Shown one piece after another: positions 36,326-45,847 of a stretch of 64,000 bases of DNA. The notes below the pieces were generated by a model, which saw only the letters and a list, made by a program, of their open reading frames with translations, was not told where the DNA came from and did not search any database. The stretch is taken from positions 310,001-374,000 of IMG/VR virus record IMGVR_UViG_3300035182_002586. One strand, written 5' to 3'. The position numbers and the translations under genes are program-made. Numbering within the stretch: position 1 is the first letter of the stretch; each line of letters opens with the position of its first letter.

Positions 36326-37993
36326 TCACGATGACCCCAACGCGAAGAGCCGACCCTTGGCGAGTAGGGCAGCCTTCTCTGAGTCTGTGAGGTTCCGGCC
36401 CATGGCCTGGCGGCAGGCCGTCAAATAGCTGTCAGCGTTACGGAAAGACCCGATTCCGCCGACAGCCATCACAGTTCGATAGATTCGCCCTTCCCCCGCC
36501 TGGGAAGCGCGCCTCGTGGCAAGGTCGAGGACCCGAGAGACAGCAAGGACTTCACGACCCGTGAGGGCACCTGAGGTCTGCACTGCCTTCCAACCCCCAG
36601 CCTTGTGGAGAACCAGGCCGAGGAACACCTTCCGCGCTGTCTCTCCGCCGCCCGTCATGGCGACCACCGTGCGGGCGATCTCTTTCCATGCAGCGTGCTT
36701 CAGCGCGGACTTGATCAAGCTGTCGTTCGTGGGGTTGGGCTCCAGAAGATCACGGACCTTCTCGCCTTCACCCTTGTTGATCTCGCCGCGCAGCTTCTCC
36801 ATGGCGCGTTCACGGAGAGCGCCTGCGAGGTCGTCGACGATCTTTGCGAGAGGATCCTTGTCCTCTGCGGCGGGGGCGGCATCGGCCTCAGGACGGGCAG
36901 GGAAGCCTTCACCCTGCTGCTGTTCGCCTTGTGCGATCCTGGGGGTCGCAACGATCTGGTCCTGGTTCCACTCCGCAGCGCGAGCTACGACCATCTCCTC
37001 GATGCGAGGATCACCCGCAGGGAGTTCCGTGGCGGCAAACTCGCGCGGGATGAGAAGAGCACCCTGGTGGTTCTCTTTGGTGATGAGCTTGGCCGTCTCT
37101 GCGTCCGGCGGGAAGAGATGTGCGGCGGCCTTCTGGATGGCGCCCGTGTCTGCCGTGCGCGGACCCTGTGCAATGGCCGACGCGAGGTAGACGCTCATGC
37201 GGGCTGCGTCTTCCTCCGAGAGGATGTTGCGGAGCACGGCGCCCGTGAAGGCGGGGTTCGCAACCCACGACGCCTCGATGAACTTGACCGAGCCGGGCTC
37301 CTCTGACAGGTGCCCGCACAGCTCCGCGATCTTGCGCTTCTGGCCAAGCTCGTCGATGAACTCGGAGCCCTTGAAGTACTTGATGTGCGGACAGAGCTGC
37401 GTCTCGTCGTAGGCGACGTTGCCGCACCGCGAACAGATCGTGAACTGCACCTGGCAGCCCATCGAGAGGGTCTGGAGCTGACCGCTCGTGATCGCCGAGA
37501 TGAGCGGGCGGTGTTCCTTCTTCGTCGCAACGAGGATGTCGACGTAGATGGAGTCGCCGATGTCGCGCGCTGCTGCGTCGATGATCTTCCCCTTCGACAG
37601 CTCGGGGATCTGGATGTGCTCGACGTAGTTCTCACCGCCCACGAACGTCTTGAAGCAGGCGAGGAGCAACTTGCGCTCCCACGCGTCCTGGTTGTTGTTG
37701 ACGTACTTCGTGGAGGGCAGTGTGATGTAGTAGTCGCCGTACTTGCGGTCGATCTGGAAGCCGTCGACCATCTGCTTACCGAGCTTCGAGGCCGGCGTCT
37801 CCGTGTCGACGGAGGCGATGATCGTGCAGTGCGTGAGCAAGTAGTCCTTGGGGTCGTACTTCTCGATTGTGACCTTGGAGGCTTCCTTCGAGAGAAGCGA
37901 CACCCCGCCCGTAGACGCAATACGATCCTGCCACCCCTGGTGGTGGATCGTCGGCTTCACGATCGCCGCTTTCGCGTACTTGAGGAATGCCAT
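36326..37993 (-). CDS. putative prohead maturation protease with Zn-cluster insert and C-terminal extension
   Basis: NYVEHIQ, TLSMGC (candidate catalytic Ser), CSRCGN...CPH, FIEASWVANPAF; upstream of scaffold and MCP. Confidence 0.7.
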   Translation of the reverse strand: MAFLKYAKAAIVKPTIHHQGWQDRIASTGGVSLLSKEASKVTIEKYDPKDYLLTHCTIIASVDTETPASKLGKQMVDGFQIDRKYGDYYITLPSTKYVNNNQDAWERKLLLACFKTFVGGENYVEHIQIPELSKGKIIDAAARDIGDSIYVDILVATKKEHRPLISAITSGQLQTLSMGCQVQFTICSRCGNVAYDETQLCPHIKYFKGSEFIDELGQKRKIAELCGHLSEEPGSVKFIEASWVANPAFTGAVLRNILSEEDAARMSVYLASAIAQGPRTADTGAIQKAAAHLFPPDAETAKLITKENHQGALLIPREFAATELPAGDPRIEEMVVARAAEWNQDQIVATPRIAQGEQQQGEGFPARPEADAAPAAEDKDPLAKIVDDLAGALRERAMEKLRGEINKGEGEKVRDLLEPNPTNDSLIKSALKHAAWKEIARTVVAMTGGGETARKVFLGLVLHKAGGWKAVQTSGALTGREVLAVSRVLDLATRRASQAGEGRIYRTVMAVGGIGSFRNADSYLTACRQAMGRNLTDSEKAALLAKGRLFALGSS

Positions 37994-37997
37994 AGGA

Positions 37998-38210
37998 CTA
38001 CGCGACCCTCCGCACCTCGGTCGAGGAGACCGTCGTGGGGTCGTCATCACCGTCGTAGAGAACGCTGAGGGTCAACCCGTGCGCTTCCACGACTGCGCCC
38101 TTCTTGCCCGCTGCGCCCATGACGCGCTCACCGGCTTGGATCGACATGGCTTCCGCCACGTTCGATCGCACCTGCGCAGGACTTCCGAACTTCGCGAAAG
38201 CCATCACCAC
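37998..38210 (-). CDS. small SH3-like hypothetical protein
   Basis: GERV...KGAVVE...VLYDG; head-gene cluster. Confidence 0.55.
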   Translation of the reverse strand: MVMAFAKFGSPAQVRSNVAEAMSIQAGERVMGAAGKKGAVVEAHGLTLSVLYDGDDDPTTVSSTEVRRVA

Positions 38211-38947
38211 CCCACCGGGTTGCCGTCGGGGCCGAGAAGGTTGTCCATCTTGATCAGATAGAGGTCCTTCGGGCAGGCGAAGAGACGGTGCCTCTCACCC
38301 TTTGACATCTTGTATGTCGTGCGTCGCATCTGCGTCCCGCAACGGGGGCAGGACGGACGCTTCGACAGGGACTCTTGCTGCGTGACGCGGTACTGGCGGT
38401 TCTGCGCGACCCAGTAGGCGGCGATCTTTGTGTGCGCCGACGCTACGATCGTGGACTCCACCGCTTGCTGGAGGAGCACGTCCACGAAGTTCGACCCCAC
38501 GAGGTAGAACTTCTGCACCTCGTCACGAAGCACATGGTCGGGGACGACTGAAGCGTGGCGGCGCCACAGCTCGTCGTACGCAGCGACCTCACTGGCCGAC
38601 CGGGACCAGAGGTGCGCTAGCTCACGGTGGAACGTGGGCGGGACTTCCGTAGTCCGCCAGAGGCGCGGAGTGCGTGATGCCTGACGGGCCTTCTCGATCT
38701 CGTACGAGCTATACGACTGGTCGAGGGTGGGCGGGAGGAACCGCTGGATCTTCGGGTTGACGATGACCAGCTCGTCTGCGGACACCCTCTCGTTGCCGTG
38801 CGGGAACTGCACGTCGACGAAGCCGATACCCGGCATGACCGCAGTGACCCTACCGACGAACGGTGAGAGTGCGGCGTACCCCGGGAAGAACTTCTGGACG
38901 GTATCCCCGACCGAAAAGTCCTTGCTCAGCTTCCAGTAGTCGATCAC
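38204..38947 (-). CDS. head-cluster protein, SH3-like N-terminus and C-terminal zinc ribbon
   Basis: FVGRVTAVMPGIGFVDVQFP; CPRCGTQM...FACPKD. Confidence 0.7.
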   Translation of the reverse strand: MIDYWKLSKDFSVGDTVQKFFPGYAALSPFVGRVTAVMPGIGFVDVQFPHGNERVSADELVIVNPKIQRFLPPTLDQSYSSYEIEKARQASRTPRLWRTTEVPPTFHRELAHLWSRSASEVAAYDELWRRHASVVPDHVLRDEVQKFYLVGSNFVDVLLQQAVESTIVASAHTKIAAYWVAQNRQYRVTQQESLSKRPSCPRCGTQMRRTTYKMSKGERHRLFACPKDLYLIKMDNLLGPDGNPVGW

Positions 38948-39041
38948 GTCAATCCCTCACGTCTTCTGGGGGTCGCACGGCCACGGGACGGTCGGACCAG
39001 CCGACCGTCCCTTCCCATGGAGGCCGAGGAAGAGCCGGGCG

Positions 39042-39443
39042 TCAGGGAGCGAGCGGACGGCCCGTCGTCGACTTGCCGTGGTGGACTGCGCTCGACTGGT
39101 CGTCCTTGTAGGCGGCCATGTACGGCTCGTCGCCCTCGACCTGAACGGGGGCCATCGGGTTCGCGAAGCCCTTCATGTACGCCTCGTCGGCGTCCTGCTT
39201 GATGACCTCGGCGGTCTTCGTACGGGCGGTGACTTCCTTCACCTGACGCGTCTCGAAGGACTCCTTGCCGAAGGTCGCGATCTCGATCTCGTCCGCCGTC
39301 TTGTCGAGGACGTTGACGATCGCCTTGGCTGCCTCGAAGGGCATCCCCCAGGACTTGTAGTTGAGCTGGATCTCGTGGGCGCACTTGTCGAGGGACTGAA
39401 GGGTCTCCTCGGCCTCTTCGGCTGCGAACTTGGGCATGGGCAT
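39042..39443 (-). CDS. head-cluster hypothetical protein
   Basis: GGAG upstream; shares DEPYM/KTA-type motifs with the scaffold N-terminus (KTADPYLM). Confidence 0.7.
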   Translation of the reverse strand: MPMPKFAAEEAEETLQSLDKCAHEIQLNYKSWGMPFEAAKAIVNVLDKTADEIEIATFGKESFETRQVKEVTARTKTAEVIKQDADEAYMKGFANPMAPVQVEGDEPYMAAYKDDQSSAVHHGKSTTGRPLAP

Positions 39444-39505
39444 GTACGTGTCTCCTTGGGGTCTCGGCGTGCCGAGCGATGACTTTGACGAAGAGGGCGA
39501 GTCGA

Positions 39506-42500
39506 TCAGCCGATCTGCTTGATGAGCTGGAGGACGGGCTTGAGCGCCTCGCGGACGAGCGGGTCGGCGGCTGCGGTGCGGATCACGGAGCTGCGGATCT
39601 GCGCGTAGGCGGACGCCTGCTTCTGCTGCTCCTCGGTGGCCTGCTGCACGACTTCCTGCTGCGCGGCCTGCTTCTTCTCGCCCTCTTCCTTCTTCGCCTC
39701 GGCCTCTTCCTTCTTCTTCTCCGCGTTCTCACGGAACTGCGGCGGCATCTCGCCGGCCTCGCGCGCGAACGCAACGAGGTCGTAGGCGATTTCCGGGTGG
39801 GTCGAGGCGATCTTGCTGGCGTAGTTCGAGAGCTTGACGGAAAGCGACATGGGGGTCTCCTCGTTCTTCTCCTCGTGGGCATAAGGAGAAGTTGCAGTCA
39901 CGCTGTTCGCCTGGACGGTAAGAAGGGTTCCCCCCTCTTCACCCGCCAGTTGGGCGAGCAGCTTGTTGTAGGTCGGAGGGTCGACCCCCGCCGAGTAGCG
40001 TCCATCACCGTGCGTACGGATTGCGAGGTCGAGAGCCGCACGGAGCTGCATGTCTCGCACGATCCCGTCGATGGCGACTGACAGAACGGGCGTCTTGAGC
40101 CAGTCCTGCGCCGCAGTCAGGAGGGACTGGAAGTCCGCCTGGCCGAAGTCTCGCTGGTGCGCCTGTGTCCACGGCACGTACGCAGCAAAGCCTTCGTGGC
40201 CCTTGGGGTAGGGCTCAACGCCATGGTAGACCGCTTCGCGGACGTGTGTGGTGGTCTCCGAGCCCATCGCCCAGACGAGGGGATAAGAAGAATACAGGGC
40301 GAAGCGTGTAGCGACTCGGGCGGCTGTCTTACCTAGACCCATCCGACCAAGCTGCTCTTCGAGCAGCTTGGCACTGTCCCCCTTCCCCTTCCCACGGTAG
40401 CCCGCAGGTGCCACAGGGGGTTCGGGGGGCGGAGCGGTTCGGTAGGGATCAGCAGAACCCTTCGCCCGTGCCTTCTCGTACCTCGTCCGCGCCTTCTCGT
40501 ACTCTTTGAGCTTCCGCTCGTAGTCCTTGTTCTCAAAGCCCTGGAGCTTCTTTCGGACCGCCTCAGCCTTCTCCGGGACGAGGATCTTGAGCTTGTCGAC
40601 GATGTTCCCGCGAAAGAGCTTTGCGGGGTCGAGAACGCTCTCCCCCTCGTACAGACTCTCACGGTCCCGCAACGCCTCACTGGCATCGATGAGACCTCTC
40701 GCGATGTCACTCGGGGAAGAGTGCTCGCTGATGCCGTTCTTCGGATCCCGGAACATCTCAGTCGCCCGCATGTAGTCGTTGGCTTGGAGGTAGCCGATGG
40801 CGAGCTTCTTGACGGCCGGGTCGGGGATACCAGAGAGCAGCTTCTTCGCTTGCCCATCCGAGATCTTCTTCGTAACGCCGCTGTCGATGACGTTCTCGTA
40901 GACACTACGAGCTTCATCCGAGAGGCGCTTGGCACGGGCCCCTCCATCCTCGCCCGACTTGTGGGACAGGATCGCGGAGGAAAGAGCGTTCGCCAGCTCT
41001 GTGGGTGCCCCGGACTTCTCGTAGTGCTCCCCGAGCCGGTGCTTGTTCGCAAGGGACAGAGCAACCGTTTGGATCTGGTGTTTGCGGTACTCCTCGGCCT
41101 GGCGCTCCGGCGGGAGTGACGAGAAGTCCTCCCAGTCCCCCTTGTTGTTCCGCACCTTCTCCGGCGGACGCACCTTCTCCGGGTCGGTCTCGTAGTACTC
41201 GTGCGCCGAAGACAGGAGGTGTTCGGTGTTCTTCGGGTTGAGGGGGATGGACCGGGCTGACTGGTAGGCTTCCAACGCCGCATCCATGTCATCGGGATGC
41301 ATCTCGGACAGGTGCCCGAGAAATTCCATTGTCTGCGCATCCTTCAGCTCGTGTGGGATGCTGTTCGAGATGCGGTGGTACGCCTCGTCCGCCTCCTCTT
41401 CGTCATACTCCCGACGCTTCGGCTTCGGGATCGGGGGGTGCAGCTTCTTCGCAGCTTCGGTCAACGCATCGACCGTGGCGTACCGGCCAGAGAGCCCCAT
41501 GCCCTTTAGCTCGGGGATCACCTTCTCGACGAGATGTCCGCCGGACTCCCGATCCTCCGAGAGGCGCTGTGATAGCTCACTCTCGGGGTTAGAGAGATCT
41601 TGGAGAATGTGCCGCAGCTTGGGGTTGTCCTTCTGAATCGTCCGAAGCCCATCGAGGTGCTTATGCTCCTCGAAACGATCCGCCACGTCCTGCTGTGCAC
41701 GCTCGTCCAGCTTCTCGAAAGGCACGAACTTCTTCGACGAAGCGTCGTAAAAGGCCGGCTTACCGCCTTCCATCGACAAGTCCTTCGACTTGTCTACGAA
41801 CTCCCGAAACGCGTCGGTGCTGAGTTCGCTCTTCGCAAACTCAGCCATGCGATCCTTGGCAGGGTGGATCTTCTTAGCGGCCTCGGACAGACCATCGACC
41901 GTCGAGTAGCGGGCCGGGAGCCACACCCCCTTCAACTCCGGGATGACTCTCTCCACAAGATGGTCACCAGACTCGCGATCCTTTGAGAGGCGCTGAGACA
42001 GATCGCTGTTCGGATCGGATAGGTCCTTGAGAACCTGTTGGAGATTGGGATGGTCCCCCTGTAGGACCTTCAACCCTTCGAGGTGCTTGTGCTCCTCGAA
42101 TCGGTCGACGATGCTCTTCTTCCCCCTCTCGTCGAGCTGATCGAAAGGCACCAACTCTTTGGTGGACTCGTTATGAAAGAGGGGTTGAGCTTCCCCTTCT
42201 TCATCGAACGAGATGTCCTTGGACCCCTCCGCAAAGGTGCGGAACTGCTTCGACTTGAGGACGTCTCGTTTGAAGCTCTCCGCCTCTTGCTTTTCGGTGT
42301 CAAACCCATCGGGGTTGACCGAAACCAGCTTCTTGAGATCGCCGATAGTGTGTACGCCCTTGGGCATGCGAATGCCTTTGAGCTGCGGTACACGCTCGAT
42401 CGCCACGTCGTCAGGAGTGATACGGTCTTCGGAGCTGGCGTTCTCGATGACCTTCACAACCGCCTTCGAGATGCTGCTCATCGAGTCGTCCAGACCCGAG

Positions 42501-43717
42501 ATCAGATCCTTCTGCTCCTTGTGGAGGCCGTTGGCGAATTCGTCCGCCTTCGTACGGAGTTCCGACCATTCCTTAGCCCTGGTCTTGAGCGCTTCTTGCT
42601 CTTCGGGCGGGAGCTTGTCGAAGGGGACGTACTTCTCAGCGGGGCCCTTCTTTCTTGCCCCCGGGTTCAGGAACACCGGACGACCCGTCGCTGGGTCGGT
42701 CCTGCTTGTAGGGAGAGCGTTGATGAAAGCGTCCGGTAGGGGGGTCTTGCCCCTCTCCCCCATCGCTTCCGGGGCGTTCGTCTTTGAGCCCTCTTCCGCG
42801 TCCGGGGCCTTCTTCGGCTTGTCTAGCTTGACAGTCTTGCCGGGGTCGCCAGCTTCCGGCTTGGCCGGAGCCCACCCTTCCTCTTTACCGAGGTCTTCCC
42901 ACTCCTGTGAGTAGTCGGGCTTCTTCGCCTCCTGCTTGGGAGCTGCCTCCTGCTTGGGAGCTGCCTCCTGCTTGGGAGCTGCCTCCTGCTTGGGAGCCAC
43001 AGGCTTCGCCTTAGGCGTCTTAGGCGCTTTGGCCTTGGTCTGCTGCTTGTCCCACTTCTCGACGGTTTTCATGGCAGCCGCCATGGCAGCCGCTTCGGTG
43101 AAGTCCTTCGCACCCCAGAACTGGTCGCGCTTCGCCTCGGGGATGGGGACCCGGTTCTTGGGATTGCCCGGGTGGGCCATCTGGTAGAACTGGTCGCCCG
43201 GCGTCAGAAGGGCATTGGCGAACTGCTTCGCCTTCGGGTCGCTCTTGACGGCCTGCAACGCCTTGCGGGCACCTTCGAGGATGTCCGGGTGGACGCCTTC
43301 CGGCCCCTCGGGCTTCGCTTCTTCGCGGGGCTCCCTCTCTTCGTCGTCCTCGTCCTCGCCCGCCTCGGGCTCCTCGTCCTCTTCGCCGTGGGTGTCTTCC
43401 TCTTCGTCCCGGATGACCTCATACTTCGCGGCGTCCGGCCCCTTGAGGGTCTCTTCGTTGATGTGGACGAGCGCCCCCGTGTCCTTCTTACGGACCGTAA
43501 CCAGCTCGGACTGCTTCTTGGCGATGACGTACAGGGCCGCAACGCGCAGCGCCGCATCCTTGATCTTATAGTCCGGGTCCTCTTCGAGGTCCGGGTCCTT
43601 CATCGTCTCGCGTCGAAGATCGCGACGAGGCGGCTTCGTCTTCGGCGAGGGGCGGACGAGGCGCTCCGCCTCTTCCTGCTCACGCTCGTACCTGTCCTTC
43701 GTCGCCCAGATGTCCAC
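39506..43717 (-). CDS. large (1403 aa) charged, probably internal-head protein with internal repeats
   Basis: Two ~142-aa repeats (VPFxxLDER...AAKKxHP), KQEAAP x4, RVAALY and RVATRF motifs. Confidence 0.75.
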   Translation of the reverse strand: MDIWATKDRYEREQEEAERLVRPSPKTKPPRRDLRRETMKDPDLEEDPDYKIKDAALRVAALYVIAKKQSELVTVRKKDTGALVHINEETLKGPDAAKYEVIRDEEEDTHGEEDEEPEAGEDEDDEEREPREEAKPEGPEGVHPDILEGARKALQAVKSDPKAKQFANALLTPGDQFYQMAHPGNPKNRVPIPEAKRDQFWGAKDFTEAAAMAAAMKTVEKWDKQQTKAKAPKTPKAKPVAPKQEAAPKQEAAPKQEAAPKQEAKKPDYSQEWEDLGKEEGWAPAKPEAGDPGKTVKLDKPKKAPDAEEGSKTNAPEAMGERGKTPLPDAFINALPTSRTDPATGRPVFLNPGARKKGPAEKYVPFDKLPPEEQEALKTRAKEWSELRTKADEFANGLHKEQKDLISGLDDSMSSISKAVVKVIENASSEDRITPDDVAIERVPQLKGIRMPKGVHTIGDLKKLVSVNPDGFDTEKQEAESFKRDVLKSKQFRTFAEGSKDISFDEEGEAQPLFHNESTKELVPFDQLDERGKKSIVDRFEEHKHLEGLKVLQGDHPNLQQVLKDLSDPNSDLSQRLSKDRESGDHLVERVIPELKGVWLPARYSTVDGLSEAAKKIHPAKDRMAEFAKSELSTDAFREFVDKSKDLSMEGGKPAFYDASSKKFVPFEKLDERAQQDVADRFEEHKHLDGLRTIQKDNPKLRHILQDLSNPESELSQRLSEDRESGGHLVEKVIPELKGMGLSGRYATVDALTEAAKKLHPPIPKPKRREYDEEEADEAYHRISNSIPHELKDAQTMEFLGHLSEMHPDDMDAALEAYQSARSIPLNPKNTEHLLSSAHEYYETDPEKVRPPEKVRNNKGDWEDFSSLPPERQAEEYRKHQIQTVALSLANKHRLGEHYEKSGAPTELANALSSAILSHKSGEDGGARAKRLSDEARSVYENVIDSGVTKKISDGQAKKLLSGIPDPAVKKLAIGYLQANDYMRATEMFRDPKNGISEHSSPSDIARGLIDASEALRDRESLYEGESVLDPAKLFRGNIVDKLKILVPEKAEAVRKKLQGFENKDYERKLKEYEKARTRYEKARAKGSADPYRTAPPPEPPVAPAGYRGKGKGDSAKLLEEQLGRMGLGKTAARVATRFALYSSYPLVWAMGSETTTHVREAVYHGVEPYPKGHEGFAAYVPWTQAHQRDFGQADFQSLLTAAQDWLKTPVLSVAIDGIVRDMQLRAALDLAIRTHGDGRYSAGVDPPTYNKLLAQLAGEEGGTLLTVQANSVTATSPYAHEEKNEETPMSLSVKLSNYASKIASTHPEIAYDLVAFAREAGEMPPQFRENAEKKKEEAEAKKEEGEKKQAAQQEVVQQATEEQQKQASAYAQIRSSVIRTAAADPLVREALKPVLQLIKQIG
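42927..42998 (-). repeat. 18-bp in-frame tandem repeat x4 (KQEAAP)
   Basis: (gcctcctgcttgggagct)n on the plus strand. Confidence 0.9.
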
Positions 43718-43876
43718 ACCGTGTGCGGGCGATAAGAGAAGATTTCACAGACGTTCCGGGTGGTTCCGTGAGGACACGAAAAACGACACGAGCTTTGCAC
43801 GGTGATCCACGAGACCCCGACGATTTTGTGCAACACGAGAGGGCCGTACGGGCCTTGTACCTAGAGGAGGCCCACC

Positions 43877-44239
43877 ATGCCGAAGATCTCTCGTAACCGT
43901 GCGCGCATTCTCGCCCTGCTGCTCGACGAGATGCCCCCGAACATCTCGATCTCGAAGACGTTTTCTGCTCGCTACCCCGTCATGGATGACGACTTCCCCC
44001 CGTTCGCAAAGTGGGAGGACACGGACCCCCTCGCATGGGAGGGGCTGGACCTCGACTTCGACACGGAGCTGTCACCCAAACTGTTCAGCTCGAAGGACCT
44101 GAACGAGATCGTGTGGGAGGTGGAGTACGCAGAGGAAGGCGAAGAGGGGTCCCTGATCGCGGAGGGTACGGACCTTGTAAGGGCCCTGCTTCTCGCGAGG
44201 AACCGGATCCGGCTCGCCTTCAAACGCCGGGTCGCCTAA
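43877..44239 (+). CDS. acidic hypothetical protein
   Basis: GAGGAGG Shine-Dalgarno then ATG. Confidence 0.7.
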   Translation: MPKISRNRARILALLLDEMPPNISISKTFSARYPVMDDDFPPFAKWEDTDPLAWEGLDLDFDTELSPKLFSSKDLNEIVWEVEYAEEGEEGSLIAEGTDLVRALLLARNRIRLAFKRRVA

Positions 44240-44745
44240 GAGCCGAGGTGCACACCATAGGTGCCCGGAGGATAGATCCGGATCACCCGTTTGCGCAGGT
44301 CAGGCGGGTTGACGAGTCCCTCGAAGACGCACCCTCCCTCCTGTGCGACCTCGCGGACACGGACTGCCAGGGACATCCAGGCGCTTCGTGGTACGGGGGT
44401 GGTGTCTGCCTCCCACGCGAGGATGGTCGCGGCCCCTCCAGGCTCCCCGAGGTACGCCGCACACTCGATGGGGTTGAAGGGGACGGCCATACGCATGAAC
44501 TGGAACGTCTGCCCGTCGATCAGCCCCATGTCCGCGAGACGGGCGGCCGCAGACCACACGGTCTTGATCACCAGATCCTCGTTGAACATCGGGATCCCGT
44601 GGTCGAGCAAGACACACGGAAGAGCTGCCACGAACTTGATGCCCGTCGTCCCTACCGGCATCTCGTAGTCCGCAATGGACCGCATGACGTTCGGGGCCGG
44701 GGGTACCGGACACTGACAGACCCTCTTCGGGAAGCGGACGGTCAT
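44236..44745 (-). CDS. hypothetical protein
   Basis: 169 aa, convergent overlap with 43877..44239. Confidence 0.65.
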   Translation of the reverse strand: MTVRFPKRVCQCPVPPAPNVMRSIADYEMPVGTTGIKFVAALPCVLLDHGIPMFNEDLVIKTVWSAAARLADMGLIDGQTFQFMRMAVPFNPIECAAYLGEPGGAATILAWEADTTPVPRSAWMSLAVRVREVAQEGGCVFEGLVNPPDLRKRVIRIYPPGTYGVHLGS

Positions 44746-44769
44746 GCTTGATGCGTTCCGACAAGGAGA

Positions 44770-45807
44770 CTACTTCCCCGGGTCAAACATCCCTTCGTCG
44801 ATCAAACGGTCCCGAAGATAGTCTGGGTCAGCGTAGGGCTCGTTTTCTCGCACCAGGAAGTACCGAAGGGTAGGATCCTCGTGGATCAGGTTCTCTTTGA
44901 TCCGGTCCCGCTCCTGTAGTGCAAAGTACCGCTCCTCGCACTTGATGTAAACGCTAGGGAAAACGTAGTGCTGGTAGCCGTGGAACTCCACGATGAGGTG
45001 GTGGGAGGGGAAGAAGCCATCGAAGCGGAAGAAGCCATCGAAGCGGAAGCGATGGCCGGTCGAGGGGTTGACGAAACGGCGAGGACTCCACTCCTGCTCG
45101 TACACGACACCCCCGAGAGCCCTCGACACTGCATCGAGGCAGAGAGTTTGACGGAGGCGGTGGCTGAATGTCTCCAGACCGTGGCGTTCGCACTCACGCT
45201 TGATGACCTTGAAGTCGCGCCCGAGTGCCGCCATCGCTTGAGCGATGACCACCCGGTTCCATCCTGCGCTGGCAGACATCTTTGCCCGGGTCTCGGCGGA
45301 GAGGGTGCGGCCCTTGCGGGTTGCCTTATCCCTGATCGCAGACCTGCGGGAGATGACGTCCCCTTCGTACTGGCCTTCGTGCTCTGGGTGCTTGGATCGG
45401 ATGTGACTCACCAGGCTCTCTGCGCGGTGACCGCAGAGGTGGCATGTCACATAGTCTTCCCTTTCGATCTTGCCCTGCCACACGACCTCATCATCTTGGG
45501 TCTTACACGACGGACACCGAAGATCCTTCGATGCGAAGGTCAACCCCACTTGATGGGAGGCACCACACGGGCAAGTGACGATCTTTTTCTGTCCCGTTCG
45601 GGGATTCTCAGCGTGAGCCCGTGTGATAGCGACTCGTCGGTTTGCTTCACATGTCTCGGACCGGATGCGGGCGTCAGGATACTGTGCCCGATATGCGTCG
45701 GCCGTGACCCCATGCGTAGCCTTGAGGTGGCTAGCCAGAGTCACGGCCGAGTGCCCACAGATACGACAGGTGACGGTTTCTCCCGCGGTTCCGAGCCTAC
45801 GCTCAGA
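44770..45807 (-). mobile_element. free-standing Vsr/DUF559-like PD-(D/E)XK endonuclease with zinc fingers; start uncertain
   Basis: CRICGH...SHLKATH, CHLCGH...SHIRSKH, FDGFF...IVEFHGYQHY...RDRIKE; lower GC3 than flanks. Confidence 0.75.
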
Positions 45808-45822
45808 CTACCAACCAGTCAA
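45794..45822 (-). promoter_or_regulatory. sigma70-like promoter
   Basis: TTGACT-N17-TAGGCT on the minus strand between the sheath stop and the endonuclease ORF. Confidence 0.5.
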
Positions 45823-45847
45823 CCTTTTCTTTAGATTGTGCTGGACC

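Noticed and set aside
45808-45822. Stop-codon reassignment (in-frame TAG after TTG upstream of the nuclease)
   Set aside because: Conserved genes are uninterrupted under the standard code and several end in TAG; the sequence is better explained as a promoter.
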